Shown here one piece after another: positions 12,885 to 26,275 of a DNA stretch of 64,000 nt. A program made the translations under genes and the position numbers. The notes beneath the pieces are model-generated. The model was not told the DNA's origin, made no database searches, and saw only the letters and a list, made by a program, of their open reading frames with translations. Positions within the stretch are counted from its first letter, which is position 1. Every line of letters starts with the position of its first letter. The stretch is from Tubiluchus corallicola. Lineage: Eukaryota > Animalia > Priapulida. Where the stretch lies: the NCBI GenBank assembly GCA_030141605.1, contig JAQGDQ010000004.1, positions 310,001 to 374,000 of the forward strand. The letters run 5' to 3'.

Positions 12885-15180
12885 AGTTGTTTATCATGCA
12901 GTTCCGTTTATTTTGTTATTTGGGGCATTTAGATTTCAGTGTTGAAAAGAAACAGGTTTTCAGTCAACGATCTAGTCTGTTGAAGCTGCAGCTATAACGT
13001 TACAGATAGGTACTATAAATAATACTGATGCATAGCCCCTAATAGCTGCGTATACTAAACATTATAACTTTATACTTTAAAACGCAGACTGCTTTGCCTG
13101 TTTTGTTTAAAGGAAAACATAACGATTTTTCAAACCACACCTCATTTTCGTCCATGGTTTAAAATGTATATTTTCTTTTACCTATAATAAATGCTGACTT
13201 AACCAAAGAATTTCTGGCCATTTTACCTTAGAAATTTATATTAATGACTGATGACGTTGGTGAGCACTCCGAACACGCCAAGGCGGATTGTGAGGATCAT
13301 TGTTCGGTTGCACCACCGTCTGATATATTACAAACAAATTTTAAGCTCACTATTTCAAATTTAAAGTATGCTGTTGTGTTTATTATTGATTTTGAGATGC
13401 TGACCAAAAGTTATAACCTACAAAACAGGCTCAGGACGTAGAATCAGGTTTTACAGAATAACGCAACACTTTTTTCCAGATGCAAACCCGTCTCATGATA
13501 TCTCATCTAGTTATGTACAATTTAGAACGGTCATCAACGAAACCTAAGAGAATTTGGCTTCAGCGATAATTATTCTTTAATGCAAGTCATTCTTAAAAAG
13601 GAATCATTCCTTTTCACTATTTTATACCTTACATCACCAACTAAGTTTAAATTTTGGTATACTATTTTCCTTTAATAATTATTAACCTTAATCTATACAT
13701 TCGGTTTTATGTCACCTAAGAGCCACCCGTTTAATTTAGCCGATAGTTTAAAGAGTTAAAAACGTGCCTTCCTTTAGTTGCATTTGCTGATTGCAAGTTT
13801 GGGACTTTATAAAAGCGTTTGTACAAAAAAACTGAGCCTGTCACAAAAAGGAGATTCTTGATTGCTTGTTTGTTCAAAAATTGACAGACAGCTCAGCTGG
13901 AATGTAAACGGATGAAGAGACGTCCAATAACATTTAATGAAGGAAGAATTTATGTTTGGTAAGCCAGCACATGCATCCATAGTTTCTGTAGTTCACTTCC
14001 ATGTACTTTGGTATTATAAATTAGTAACGTAGTCCAGTGATCGTAATTTTTGGGTGTAACTACTATGACTTGAAGTCGGTTGTGTGTGGTAACTGCACAA
14101 AGACATTCAAATGTATCCTATTAAAAGTTCAATGTAACTCATTAAGCCCGTGATTTCTCGGCAGTGTTTTTGAAGATATAGAATAAGAATCTAAAAGAAT
14201 TCAAATTTTACTAAATGAAAAGCCTCTGTGATTTTGATTCTACAGCTAAAAGATACAAAGATTCGATGTTATTTGCACTATGTTTTGTTGAATAGCTTTG
14301 TATTTGTCTTTTTTAAATATTTATTGCCGATTGGTACGGAAAAGATTTTAAAGTTTTTAATAAAAAGTTCTTGTACTATATTCCTCGTATATTTCTGATT
14401 TTATAACATAGTAGAATATTAGAGCAGTAGAACGATAAAAAATAATAATCAATTTTGTTTGAGCCATAAACTTTTCTTCGTATGTCGTTCTACCTTTTTA
14501 AGACATCAAAACTGGTTAAATGTGTTTTTTTTCAAATTAATATAATAAAAGTTTAGGCTATATAGTACATGCAAATCCCAAGAGTATTGGTTTGAATGTT
14601 GGATTACTTGGATGCTGTATTTCGCAGCCAATAAATGGCCAGAATTGTTCAACATTCTGTGCAGAAAATTGTTCTTGTAGTTTGTTTTATGGCCTGGATC
14701 TGGCAATATGGATTTTCGTTCAGTTTGATCGAAATCAGTTCTTCTAACAATTCGTATATGAGTTATGAAGCGCAAGCTACCTGCAAAAGGCCGTCTGAAA
14801 ACAGGAGAAATTTAAACAAATTACCGTTTTGGTGACAGCAATGTGGAATTATGTTAATTGTTGTTCTACTTTGAGCTGTCTTGGCAAAGTGAAGAAAACG
14901 ATGTGGACGTTGATGAAATTATATATATATTATTATATTATTATTATATTATTATTATATTTTTCTTTTATATAGAAACATGTATAATACTTAAAAAATA
15001 AAGAAAGACTAAATGAAAAAATGAAGATCTTTTCTCTATTGTAAAAATTCTCATTGAAGTTTTGATTAAGTTGATAAAAACCAAATGTTTTGGTTTGGAA
15101 CTTTCAGTTTGGAACGTCCAGCTTTCACAGTTCAGAAAGAGAGAAAATTAATATCCATTACAAGAAATACAATTATAAAG

Positions 15181-15300
15181 GTGTAGCAATGCTTTTATTG
15201 AAGTACATGGGTTCAATTCTGCGGTCAGTAACTTAAAGCTTTAAAAATAGTTTCTATTGTTTTTCTGCCAAGTATCTAGCTATATCACGGTATAAGTAGG
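15181..15300 (+). mobile_element. Decayed tRNA-derived SINE with V-domain-like core
   Basis: B-box-like GGGTTCAATTC (15209-15219) is followed by AAAGCTTTAAAAATAGTTTCTATTGTTTTTCTGCCAAG, resembling the V-SINE core (AAAGACTTTAAAAATGGTA...CCCTGC). Recognised by eye. Confidence 0.35.
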
Positions 15301-15826
15301 GTAAGAATAACCGATTATATGACGTTCAATTTTTGTTCGTTTAGTTTGTATAGTCAACAAGCAAGCGTGGTGTAACAATTTGTTCCGTACGACCACGAGC
15401 TATCTGGGAGCCTGCTTGCTCAGGGTTCGGCTGAAACCATTTAGAGTCTGTTACTGAGAATCCTATCATATACTTTAGATATAGCACCCATTTTAGCGAT
15501 ACCGAGATAGTTGTCAGTCAAAAAGGCTATCCCTTTTCTCAAATAATACAATGAGTCTGAGAATAAGACAATGCCGTTGGATAACATCCCAGAACAAATA
15601 TGCTATTATGCAAAACGCTTATATACGCTATTAATGTTGCCCAAAAACATTTTATTACATCCGAAGGAACACTGGCAGAGGGGCCTCCACTAGCACTATA
15701 TTTTAAGCCTTCAACGGTGATTCGATGATGGGAATTGATGGACCATCTAGCAAGCTGTCGAAGTCTGTGAACCTTTCAGCAGGGTTTGAATTTAACAATT
15801 TTTCAAAATACTCTTTAAATTTCTCA

Positions 15827-15850
15827 TCGTCGTCGTCGTCGTCGTCGTCG
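15827..15850. repeat. (TCG)8 microsatellite
   Basis: Directly visible. It explains the poly-Ser in ORF 15725..16087. Confidence 0.95.
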
Positions 15851-18800
15851 TCATCTAAGTGCTTCTATGTTCTAAAACATGTCACGTCCCACCTATTAGT
15901 GCAACGCATTCCTATTCACCGTCACTCATCGGTAGGTCTGTCAAATATAAGCTCATTACTGACATTTCAGTTTATGGCTTTCCAAATCTTTTTGGAGTCA
16001 TTACTGTTAATTAACGAAGACCGCCACTTGCAGGTCAACAGTGTACAATTTTGCATACAATATGAGTTAAACGAGTATCTAAAATGACTAATCATTCATC
16101 TTGAAGAAAATCTGACTCGAGCCTTGCGCTTTCTGTTTTCATAGTGGCATAATTTTGACAGCTAAGACTTCAAGGGGAATAGTTTGCAAATAAACACGAA
16201 CCAGGAGATAATTAAAAAGATCCATGCACTTGACGGCGATTTCACCTTTTCCTTGTTTTTTTTAGAAAATTTCTAATCACAGCAATCAGTGCACGACAAG
16301 TTTTGGCGACATCACCAAACCTTTCCTTTCATTTACATATCTATGTCATTCCGTAGTAATTAGATTTCCTTGCACACATTTGCATCATGCGAATCCAAGT
16401 GTCCAATTTCGAACGAAAGTTAGGAACTTTCTTCAAGTCAAGGATATAGCCACTAAAATCCAGTTTTGACGAAACGAAGGCAGAATGAATTAAAGTCGAT
16501 ATTATCAACATGAAAAGAACGATTCTTGGAAAGACATTCTGGGAAGGGATGATTGATACATTCTTAAGTGGTGGCCACTCTAATATCAGTGTGTAAGGTA
16601 GTGCAGCCAAGAAGCGTCACTCAAAAATAAAACATGATCGAATCTAAACTGATTTTATTGATCAATCGCGCATTGCAAACTAAACAATTTTAAAGCACAA
16701 GAAAACCCTATACTTAAATAAAGCTAAAAAATACACCGTTGTTGCACACAGAGCTTGCGCTAGCAACAGCGTTGTATAAAACTTTAAAATTTTAAACTCC
16801 CGCGCAGCCATTTTGACGATAAGTCGTCTCAAAAATTTAGGTAGCATTGCATAAAGTTTGAAAAAAATAATCAGAATATTCGTAGCACACTCTTCACTAA
16901 CAAAACAAAAGCATAAATTACTTTCTACTGTCAATAAGATTAATAATAATGTTTTTGGTGAGTGACTGGTGCACACTTGAAAGGTGAGCATGTAACGTTT
17001 ACCAGTTGGCGCGAACATTTTAAATACTAAGAATTTTCTTTTCTAGTTACATAAAACTTTCAAACATTTAAGTGTAATGCTAACTAATGTAATTTTGCGT
17101 GGAACGATTTTTAGGACGTACTTTAGAATTACCTTTTCTTCCCATTTGCTAAGTCAACTAATCAATAGAATTGTACAACTCAGATCTATCATAGTGAATT
17201 TGGAGTAAAAAATATTCACCATTTCTATAAAATTAAGTTTCTTATGTACGACACAACAAGGAGTTAATGTCAGGCCCACAGTTGAAGCAGTGGTGACTTA
17301 ATGGTAAATTTGATCTTACCATTAAAATTGTTAGTGCTACTTCTTTATTGGCCAACAGTATTTGTGTGTATTAACATGGCGAGTTTTACAAAAGCTTAGA
17401 CCTATAGGAAAATTCACGCTCGTAGCAGAAAAGATGGTAGTAGTTGTGATAGTAGTGTAATAATGATGGCAGTATAGGTAGCAGTAACGGCGGTAACGTA
17501 CATTATAAGATATTATAGTGATAACGATTACGATAATGGTTACAACAGCAAATAGAATAGATATTTTTGTAATATTCCTGCATGTAATATACCTTTGAGA
17601 GTTACTACTGCTTTAACACTCATGAATAAAGCAAAAATAATGAATAATTGATTTCACAGTGTGTGAGTTAAACTTAGATTCACTTAGTGCACTGAAGTAT
17701 AAGCTGACAAACTTAATTCTGTTATAGTCAAGTTGGCATGAAATTATGATGTTGAAATTGTTTGTGTTGTGCTCCAGCCTAGTTCACCATGACAGAGACA
17801 CACTATTTTGATAACTTGGTTTCACTTGTTTATATAATGCGCAAGAACTTATTTTTATAAAAATATCAAACCGTAGAAAATGAAAGTAACAAGTCACGAA
17901 CTATTGTACTTTTTCAAACGTAGGTCCAACTCAGTCAAACTCTTAGACAAACAAAAGAGTTTTATATTTCGCCACAGTCCAAAAGCAAAGATAATGCTGT
18001 CCTTTGAGTTTGCTCACTATTTTATACAATTCAAAATTATGTATTATGTAAGCCGGAGTAAATCACTGAACGGTGGTGGTTGTGGTCCCCATCCATATAG
18101 TGACCAGGCTCGTCCCTGCCCCAACTCAGAGAAATGCAACATATTATGAAGATATGCATATAGAGATAATAGCTAAGTAGATACTATATCAATTCTACAA
18201 ATAACCTATTCTTTAACGCATTTCTGTAATTGCATTTGAATATTTTTCGAAACATGAAACCGGCCACCTTTATTTAAATATTTGCAAATCTAATAAAATC
18301 AAGATCTAATAAGATGTGAAGAACACCAACATTAAAAAATAGAAAAAGAATTTAGGGAAAGGGCCAACTCAAAAACAGACTACATTATAATTGTTGAGTC
18401 CAACTTTCATATTTCAAAAAAGGCAAAAATAAATTAACAAATATTCAAAATAATAATCAAATATTTAGTCTTTAGGTAACAGGCATTGATAAATATACAT
18501 CTACAGAATTTCGGATAAGTGCAGCTTTCATTTTTTGCAAGGAAGTGCCTTGAGTAATACCGTGTTTATTTATATAAGCGTCTGCATTTCGGGGTTTAGC
18601 TTTTGTAGGCCAACTTTCTGACAGTAAAACCATTTAACTCCACGGGGCTCCGGATTTTTGAGGCTTTTGTGAAGAAGTTATCACTTTGCAAAAAACTCAT
18701 ATAAAACCAACATTTTCGTAACACTTGGTGAAACATCCTTCATTCCGTTATTGAGTTAATAAATGAAAACAGCTAACTGTGGTTGACTGTAGTAGTCAAA

Positions 18801-18954
18801 ACATGATGATCAGCTGATATCGATCTTTAGATCAGGTCATCAATGTCTTGATTTTTGCACAAGAAAATATTCCTAGACAGGTTGTTTATTTTGATGATTT
18901 TTGTTGATACGTTTTAATTTTCTTCGTGTTGTGTTTCCAGAATATTGAGAAAGC

Positions 18955-19202
18955 AAAAATTAAAGAGAAAAGGGGAGAGGGGAAGGGAAAAAGAGAGAAA
19001 AAAGAGGGAGAGAGAGAAGCGAGCGATAGAGAGAGAGATAATACTCAGAAACCGAAAACTACAGAGACAAGAGCGGGGAAAGTGAGAGAGAAACAGAAAG
19101 AACGAGTGGGAAGAGAAGGGGAAAGAAAAGAAGAAACGGCGAAAGAAGAGAGGAGAAAGGAGAGGAGCAAGCGAGAGAGAAAGAGGAGAAAGAGGTAGAG
19201 GG
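18955..19202. repeat. Purine-rich (GA-rich) low-complexity tract
   Basis: About 250 nt of almost pure A/G. It explains the four overlapping low-complexity ORFs. Confidence 0.9.
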
Positions 19203-19739
19203 CATTGTAGTTGGTGCACTGCTGAAACAAAACAACTTCAAAATTAGAATTACCACGCACATCGACAGGTAACATGTATAATAACAACTTTAAACAGTAA
19301 CAAATCGAGGACACTTCCTTATATGATTATCTTACTTCCTTTATTGAGCAGACTGGTGCTAGCACAATGGGAGTATAATGGATTCTGAAAGTGACAAGCT
19401 AAAATCAATGACAGACACGTACTGCATTAACTGGTGGAAAGCACATGACATTCACATTAAACTTTCACTTTCAGTCAAATAATCGGCTTATCAGGATTAA
19501 TGTCATTTGCACCCATTTTCAAGCCTCAATAATGATCTATAACGTTTAAAAAATTAAGCAGGTGGCTGCAAATAGCCTGCGATTCTGGTTACCCACATAA
19601 ATGCGGACCTGTCCTGCAGTTTCTAAAATACTTTCAATACCAGTTCCTCTGGAGACAATCAGGTGCTCTGAAGGTACAAACTTGCAGTCTCTCATTCAAT
19701 CTCAATCAGTTCCTGTCCAAGTCTAGTGCTATTTGTTCT

Positions 19740-21070
19740 TAGACAAAACGCTGTCGGTGTAGCTAGAAACAGTGTAGCAGATGAGAATTTCTCGACCTTG
19801 TAACTTCGTTTAAAAGATGTGTTTCATATCTTTCATCAGTAGCAGTCAGGCTAATAGTAACTGCAACACAGCCAAATGGTCAACATTCCGTTCAAACCTA
19901 AACTTATATCATTACTGGAAAGGCCACGTTCAGTTTGTTTGAAGCCGGTACAGGAAGAGATCTAGAACTAGGGCGTTTACGCCCCCGTATGGTGGTTTAC
20001 TGTAACTAAATTAACAGTTTCTTTCTAATAAAGAAGTTAAACGTTAAATGCAACTTTCATTTCTAGCATAGAAAAATTTTGTTATTTTGTATTAATACGC
20101 AAAAGATTTGTTTCAAGATACTGGTTCCAACTTCGAATGTTTTAAAGATTTAGGATAATATTATCAGCTGTTCACATGCCTAACATCAGTCGCCACCTGC
20201 TAATGTTCCGTTCTGTTTAGAATGTTTGCAATGTGGGCTGCCTTCATTTATGAAACGCCAGGCCTGAATTCTGTCTTATAAATGCTTCATTACCCAATTC
20301 CAGTGGTCTGGCTTCAGCGTGCTGAAATGAATAATTTAAGTAACCTTATTGGAAATGTTTCTGAGTAGTATAGGTTTTACCACCTTTGTCATTTCTAAAT
20401 TACGTTTCTGTCATAATAGCCTTGCTTGTCCAATTACTTGCAGTCTAGTAATGTTGTTGTCAAGCACTGGATGTTGTCAAGCACAATTGTCAGCAAAAAT
20501 TTTTTATAGCGCCATTTTGTTGTATGATTATAAAATAGTTAATTCATTACGGCGCCACTAGAGTGCATTACAGGATTGCAACTACATTAGCTACTGTCAT
20601 CTTTTAATAAAGCGCATAAAACTCAGAGTGATATTTCACAGACTTCTTCTGCTGCTGTTGCATTTTGTCTTGAACTTTTTTCATTTTTTATTTCAACATT
20701 GGACTTCTTACACCGTTGATCAAGCTCATTCGTATACGACAATGACAAGTGCTTTGTTTTTACTTGTTCAAAGTAATATTGAAGTTATCCTTTAAAGCAT
20801 TATCAGTGGTAATCGTTAATCCAAAACCGAGGAACGTCAAATATAGAACGTTCCCAATGGCATCTAATACTTCAGGATTCAGCTCTATGTAATAAAGGCG
20901 CCACATTTTGCGCACTTTCTTTTAAATTTTTGAAAGGATTTTGACTGTTATATAAATTAGTGTCAAATGCACAGATCATTCCTCCATTCAATTTTACTGT
21001 TCACTGTAATTCTGAATAAAGTTTATACTCATTCATGGCGGAACTTATTGTTTAATCTACAGTTACACTT
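19740..21070 (-). pseudogene. Heavily decayed hAT-like transposase
   Basis: Minus-strand peptides occur in hAT order: SVTVD (21069-21055), FRITVN (21016-20999), LTITTDNA (20819-20796), PDHWN (20311-20297; cf. PTRWN), FKTFEVGT (20146-20123; cf. LKPFEEAT), ALVLD (19974-19960; cf. AxxLDPR) and DSVLS (~19750; cf. ERVFS). Many stops and frameshifts. Confidence 0.45.
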
Positions 21071-23934
21071 AGAAGAACTTTTGCAGCATGGTTTTTAATT
21101 TGCCTGTGAATTTTATAAAGTTGTAGTAACGCGCTTTTTGAAATTGATGCGTGCCTGAAGAATGCAGATGAATCTAGAACGGAAGGGGTTCCTGCTTTTA
21201 AGCGAAATTTAGATTGCAAACCTTGGCACGATTGTTACCCTGCGCAGGTTTGTTTTAAAACACGAAGGCGGGTTCTGTAATGACCCTGAAGCATAATTAT
21301 GGTACACCTAATGACAGCATTTTTCTACGGATAAACCCAAGACGCAAGTTTCTTCCTCTTACTTTGAAGAAATAGAGCTTTCGTCTAATTAAGCCCGCTG
21401 AAGACTAATTCTCTAGAGCACTATCTAGCTGACTTAATGAAAGCAGCCTGTGTAATTTCACACTCCTAGTTAACACCTGAGAGCTATGAAGCGAATCACT
21501 GATTCACTGTGTAGGTAAATATGATTGTTATCGATTGGGAAAGACTGGGATTTTACCTATGTGTGATTTTTTCTGTTTTAGTACGTCACTACTCACAACG
21601 TAAATCAGGAGAAGAAAAGTAAATGTTAAATTATGTCCCAAAAATTTTCTATGCAAAATTATGTTACTTGGCATGTCGCTCACCTGCTTGAAAGATTTAT
21701 GTAACGAAAACTGAAAAGAAAATTATCAATTATTTAAAACTCTTACACCGATTGGAAAAATGTCAATGACTCACCCTCCTGCGTGCACAACTCACTAACC
21801 AAAAACGTATTTTTAATCTTATTGACAAGATACACTAATTTTAAATTTTATTTAGTTAGTGACGCGTACGATACGAATGTCCTGATAATTTTTTCAAACT
21901 TTACAGAATGTTATTTAAACTTGTTTCAAATGACCTGTTGTCAAAATGGCTGAGTCTAACGGTCATCGCGGAAGTTTAAATTTATATGTTTTATATAACG
22001 TTCCTGGAGATTGATATCCTGTATGTAAAAAGGCAATATGTAAGTGATATAAAATTTCAAGACGAATTTTTTAAGCTTTATGTTTATGTAGGGTTTTCTT
22101 GTGCTGATGCTAGGTGACCTTGACTTTTTATAATATGCACCTATTCAAAGGCCCAATTTGCAAAATTATTGTCGTGATAAGTTGTGAACAAATGAACGAA
22201 CGGTCAGACATACGGACAAGTGTCACCATGTTATCCACGTTTCGATGTCCACAAAGCAAATTAAGGAGGATTATAAACAGATATATTTATTTTTATACGA
22301 TAATTTAAATAGATTTTTAATCTATAACCGGTTACTGCTCTTACGAAATGTACTATTTTAATAATCTTATAGTCACAAATTAATTAATACTCACAAGAGC
22401 AAGCGTGAGTGCTACTAACTGACAAATTAATATTGTAGATTTGCAAATACGATACCAACGAATATCTAGACGTACAATTGTAATAACAAAATAAATATGG
22501 AAGTGCATAATGTATAGATCATATGAATAACAAGTCTGGCGGTCTGTGCAATTCTTGCACAGCCTATGTTAAAGAAAATTGATATTGACCCAAAATACTT
22601 AACAAGTTGCATTTTGTCTGGGTTTCACTTTCTGGATTCTTTTTTGACTGTTAATACTTTTTGGTGGCAATATTTTCCGACCAACCGCTATCAGTGGTCA
22701 CTGGTGCGCACATCTAATAAATCAAGATTGCATGTTGATGTCCACTGAGCTTTTGGCTCTGATAAATTATTGAGCAAATGTTCTCATGTTTTCACACTAC
22801 TGCTGAATGCACAAGACAACAGCAATTAGGGCGTTGTTCATTTACTATCAAAGCTATTAACCCACGTGGAGTGCCTACAAGCCATTTCCCGCCCACATGC
22901 ATTGAAGCCAATTCAAGTGCGAACGCAAATAATTTCGTTCTTTGATTTTGTACAAATTTGGTCTTATTGTTCTTTTGCAAAACAGCTTTTGCAAACAGGT
23001 ATGACAATGTTATATTAGTTTAGTTTAAATATTGTTTATTTGGTTCAGATTAGACAGTTTTTAAAACTGAAACCGTAAGCCTACCTGTGTATGCATATAT
23101 ACAAGCAGGAGTGCAGAATAGACATAAATGCATACAAATAACATATAAACAAAGACATATACATAAAAAGTTAGCAGATGCGTCACAGTGAATAATATAA
23201 CAATTGAATAATAACAATAACTGTCTAAACATTTACCACAAAATACATAAAAGTGATTCTAAAGTCATATTCCTTCAAGTGTATTATAATCGTATAATCA
23301 GGAACTAAATAGACGATGCTTAATGCTTTTTTATTTCTCACTAGTGACACATTGTAGGAAAGACTAGTTACTATTATTCATATCAGTAATACAGTTGAAT
23401 ATTAGTGATACCTTTGCAATTCCTTCTTTTTGATCGATTGCTCGACGCAAATTGCTACTCTTCTGGATTTGTTGTTGCTATTCTTGTTGTTGTTCTTGTC
23501 CATGATTATGAAAGTGTTCAGCTCATTAACAGGAAGCATAAATTAAACATTACATAAACGTATGTCATGAAATAGCAGATCAACAGCATTCACTGCCAAC
23601 CCAGAACCTTTCCAAAACCATTGTAACTTTGCATGTTTTCAATTAAGAAAAAAATAACAGTTCAACTGTCATAATATGATCAAGAACATATGTTTAGTGA
23701 TTTTCATTATTCAATGATGACGCATTACAGGAAAAAATTATTATGGACCTTTATAAGTCTTAGCTAGGTCACGACTACATCCGTTTTTTATTCTACGTAA
23801 TGATTCTGGAAGTGTTTTCAGCTCATGAACTAGAGTGTGTACGTTCATACATACGTTTCACAACACAAAGGCGCGCAAGTAAGTAGAGCTCCAGCGCGTA
23901 TAATGTCGTACGTGACACATTGACTGTTTCGTCA

Positions 23935-23995
23935 ACTTCCGGAACGTGACGTCACGTGGTGTGTTTACTGTGCCCATTAGTCAGTCATCGGAAGT
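23935..23995. promoter_or_regulatory. Dense TF-motif cluster (ETS, CRE, E-box) in a CpG-rich patch
   Basis: ACTTCCGGAA (23935-23944), the perfect palindrome ACGTGACGTCACGT (23944-23957) containing TGACGTCA and overlapping CACGTG (23953-23958), and CGGAAGT (23989-23995). Confidence 0.4.
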
Positions 23996-24237
23996 TGGGA
24001 ATGTGCTGCATCTCTTGTCATTAAGTAATTATGAGTCTTAGAAACGAAAGTACCTAATTTTTTAATACAGCTCGGCACAATGCATCCTTAACGTAGATGG
24101 TTGGGGTAGGACCGGAATATTTGCTCGTTATCAATGATCACCCTCTAAGATCAAACATTGAACGGGTCTGCTTCATTCGGATGTAAATACGTCATCCATT
24201 AATATTCACTAACCACGTGCAGCATTACTTAACTTAA

Positions 24238-24682
24238 GCCCGATTTAGACGATTCGATTTTCGTCAGATTTTGTTGACCAACATTGGTACTGTTTAATGT
24301 TGTATTTGTTACATTTGTTTTGCGAAGACTTCCAAATGCCACAATTTATTACAATCATCCGTCAATCACGATTTTATTCACATAACGTAATTTTGCTATG
24401 GCTGCATCCTCTAGATTGTATGTAAACTTGTTGTTTTGATTATTTACAGAATAAATAACATAAATAAATAAAATGTTGTTATTGTGTTAATTGTTAAATG
24501 TTGGAACCCCACTCCACCGAACGACCATTCTATCCGACGACGTCAGACGTTAAATTTTCTGTTCACACAACGTCCGACAACGTCTGTCTGACTCTATCCG
24601 ATTTTGTCTGGTCATGTAAACGACTTCAAGATGTCATCAGCTTCATCCGACATCCGATTTTGTCGGATCATGTAAACCGGGC
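24238..24682. mobile_element. PIF/Harbinger-like MITE
   Basis: Imperfect TIRs GCCCGATTTAGACG (from 24238) and CATGTAAACCGGGC (to 24682). TAA lies to the left. Subterminal TCCGAC / CCGATTTTGTC repeats are present. No coding capacity. Confidence 0.6.
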
Positions 24683-26165
24683 ATTGGCACCCACACACAT
24701 AACGTCAGCTATTAGCTATTCCTTTCGGCTCTATCTTCCAATTATTCCCTTCTGCTACTGCTGTTTTTCTGCCGCTTATTACTATTATTACTGCGGATGC
24801 AACTGTTGTTGCTGCTCCTGAATCTGCTGCTGTTCCTATTATTGTTGTCGCTGCCGCCTCTACTAACGCGTAACATCTAATTGTTTACAAGCTAAACTGA
24901 CTAGACGTAAATGAGTTGACACACTCACTGGCCAAGTTACAGTGCCAGGTCTTCTGCTTTATTAATTCTGGGTTGCATACTCAGTAAATATACCATTGAG
25001 TTGGGCTTGTATTTAGCATTGAATGCAAGCTCTTCATGAAAACTAAGATTCGCAATTAGTAACAATAGCTTAGTTTTTCTAGGACAGGTTTTAAGTTTCC
25101 TTTTATTACGAATACGTTAATTATGAATATCTTAACTAGGATAATTCAAAGCAGATCAATACATGTAAGCTTGTATGCGTATAGATGTATTAATGTTAGG
25201 GTCATGTGATACTGGTCGAAACCATGTGACAATCAATATACTGGGATAAACGCAAAACGATGATATTGAGAAACTGTCACGGTTTAAGTGTTTTAATGGC
25301 CGGGCATGGTCCATGCTGTCACTATGAAATGTGGAGCTGGTATAAAGTGTTTGCGTGGCAGACGCTAAATGACCCTTGTCCCAATCTGTCATTTGTACGC
25401 TCTGTATAATGTAATTAACTGAGTGTTCTATGCATTCTTCAATGTCTCTAAGTAACCAAACAATGTACAATTTATTTCCCCTGTCTTACAATGCTCTTTT
25501 TTTCCTGTCAATGATGGTTTTACGCAGCTTGCCATGCTAAGTTCCGTCATTTACTAAGCCCATCGTTATACTAAAGGAAGCAGAAATGATTACTGTGATT
25601 AACAAAATACTAAATATGACCTATAAGCTCATTTCTGCTCCCTCTACCCTTCTGTCAAATGGGATGTTCCTGCAAGACCAGTGCAAATCTGGCTTCCTCT
25701 GAAGAATCTCAAGCGTTTCTATGATGCTCAAGAGTTACTATGACACTGCGTTATGAATCTAAGCGTTACAATATATAAGCGTCAAGTTTCTATTTCGTCC
25801 TGCTCACTCCTATTTATAATACCAGTTTGCTTAGTGTAACGAATGTGGGTAATGCTGCAGTTATTAATGTAGATATAATGTTTAATCACAAACCAGTCTC
25901 GAGGGAATTAAGGTTCCGGCTTCTATTGAGAAAGTTGGAATGTCTTTTAATGAATCCCGGCCAAACCCTCTGATGACAATCGTTTAGATAATCGTGCAGT
26001 TCAGGTGAAACAGGTGAAATCAATCGTTTATTGCGTGATATAAAACATTTACTCATCGGAGTAATTGATTATCTTCTTTTGCTTTTTTACCTGTATCGCC
26101 GTTTCGCTTTTTGGATGTTGTGTCTCCCTTCCTCTCTCTTTTTCCCTGCTCTTTCTTTCTGCATT

Positions 26166-26167
<2 letters not shown>

Positions 26168-26263
<96 letters not shown>

Positions 26264-26275
26264 ATTCTCTCTCTC
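26168..26275. repeat. (CT)n microsatellite
   Basis: Directly visible. It explains the SL/RE-repeat ORFs. Confidence 0.97.

Noticed and set aside
13228-13320. GC-raised minus-strand segment bounded by cag| and |gtaaaa
   Set aside because: All three frames contain stops. At most a UTR exon, and unsupported.
16330-17030. Transposon-like non-coding segment with two minus-strand ORFs
   Set aside because: I could not identify matching TIRs or a TSD, and the ORFs have no motifs.
19815-19845. Minus-strand CTGATGA...GAAAC hammerhead-like core
   Set aside because: No stem II or flanking helices could be formed.
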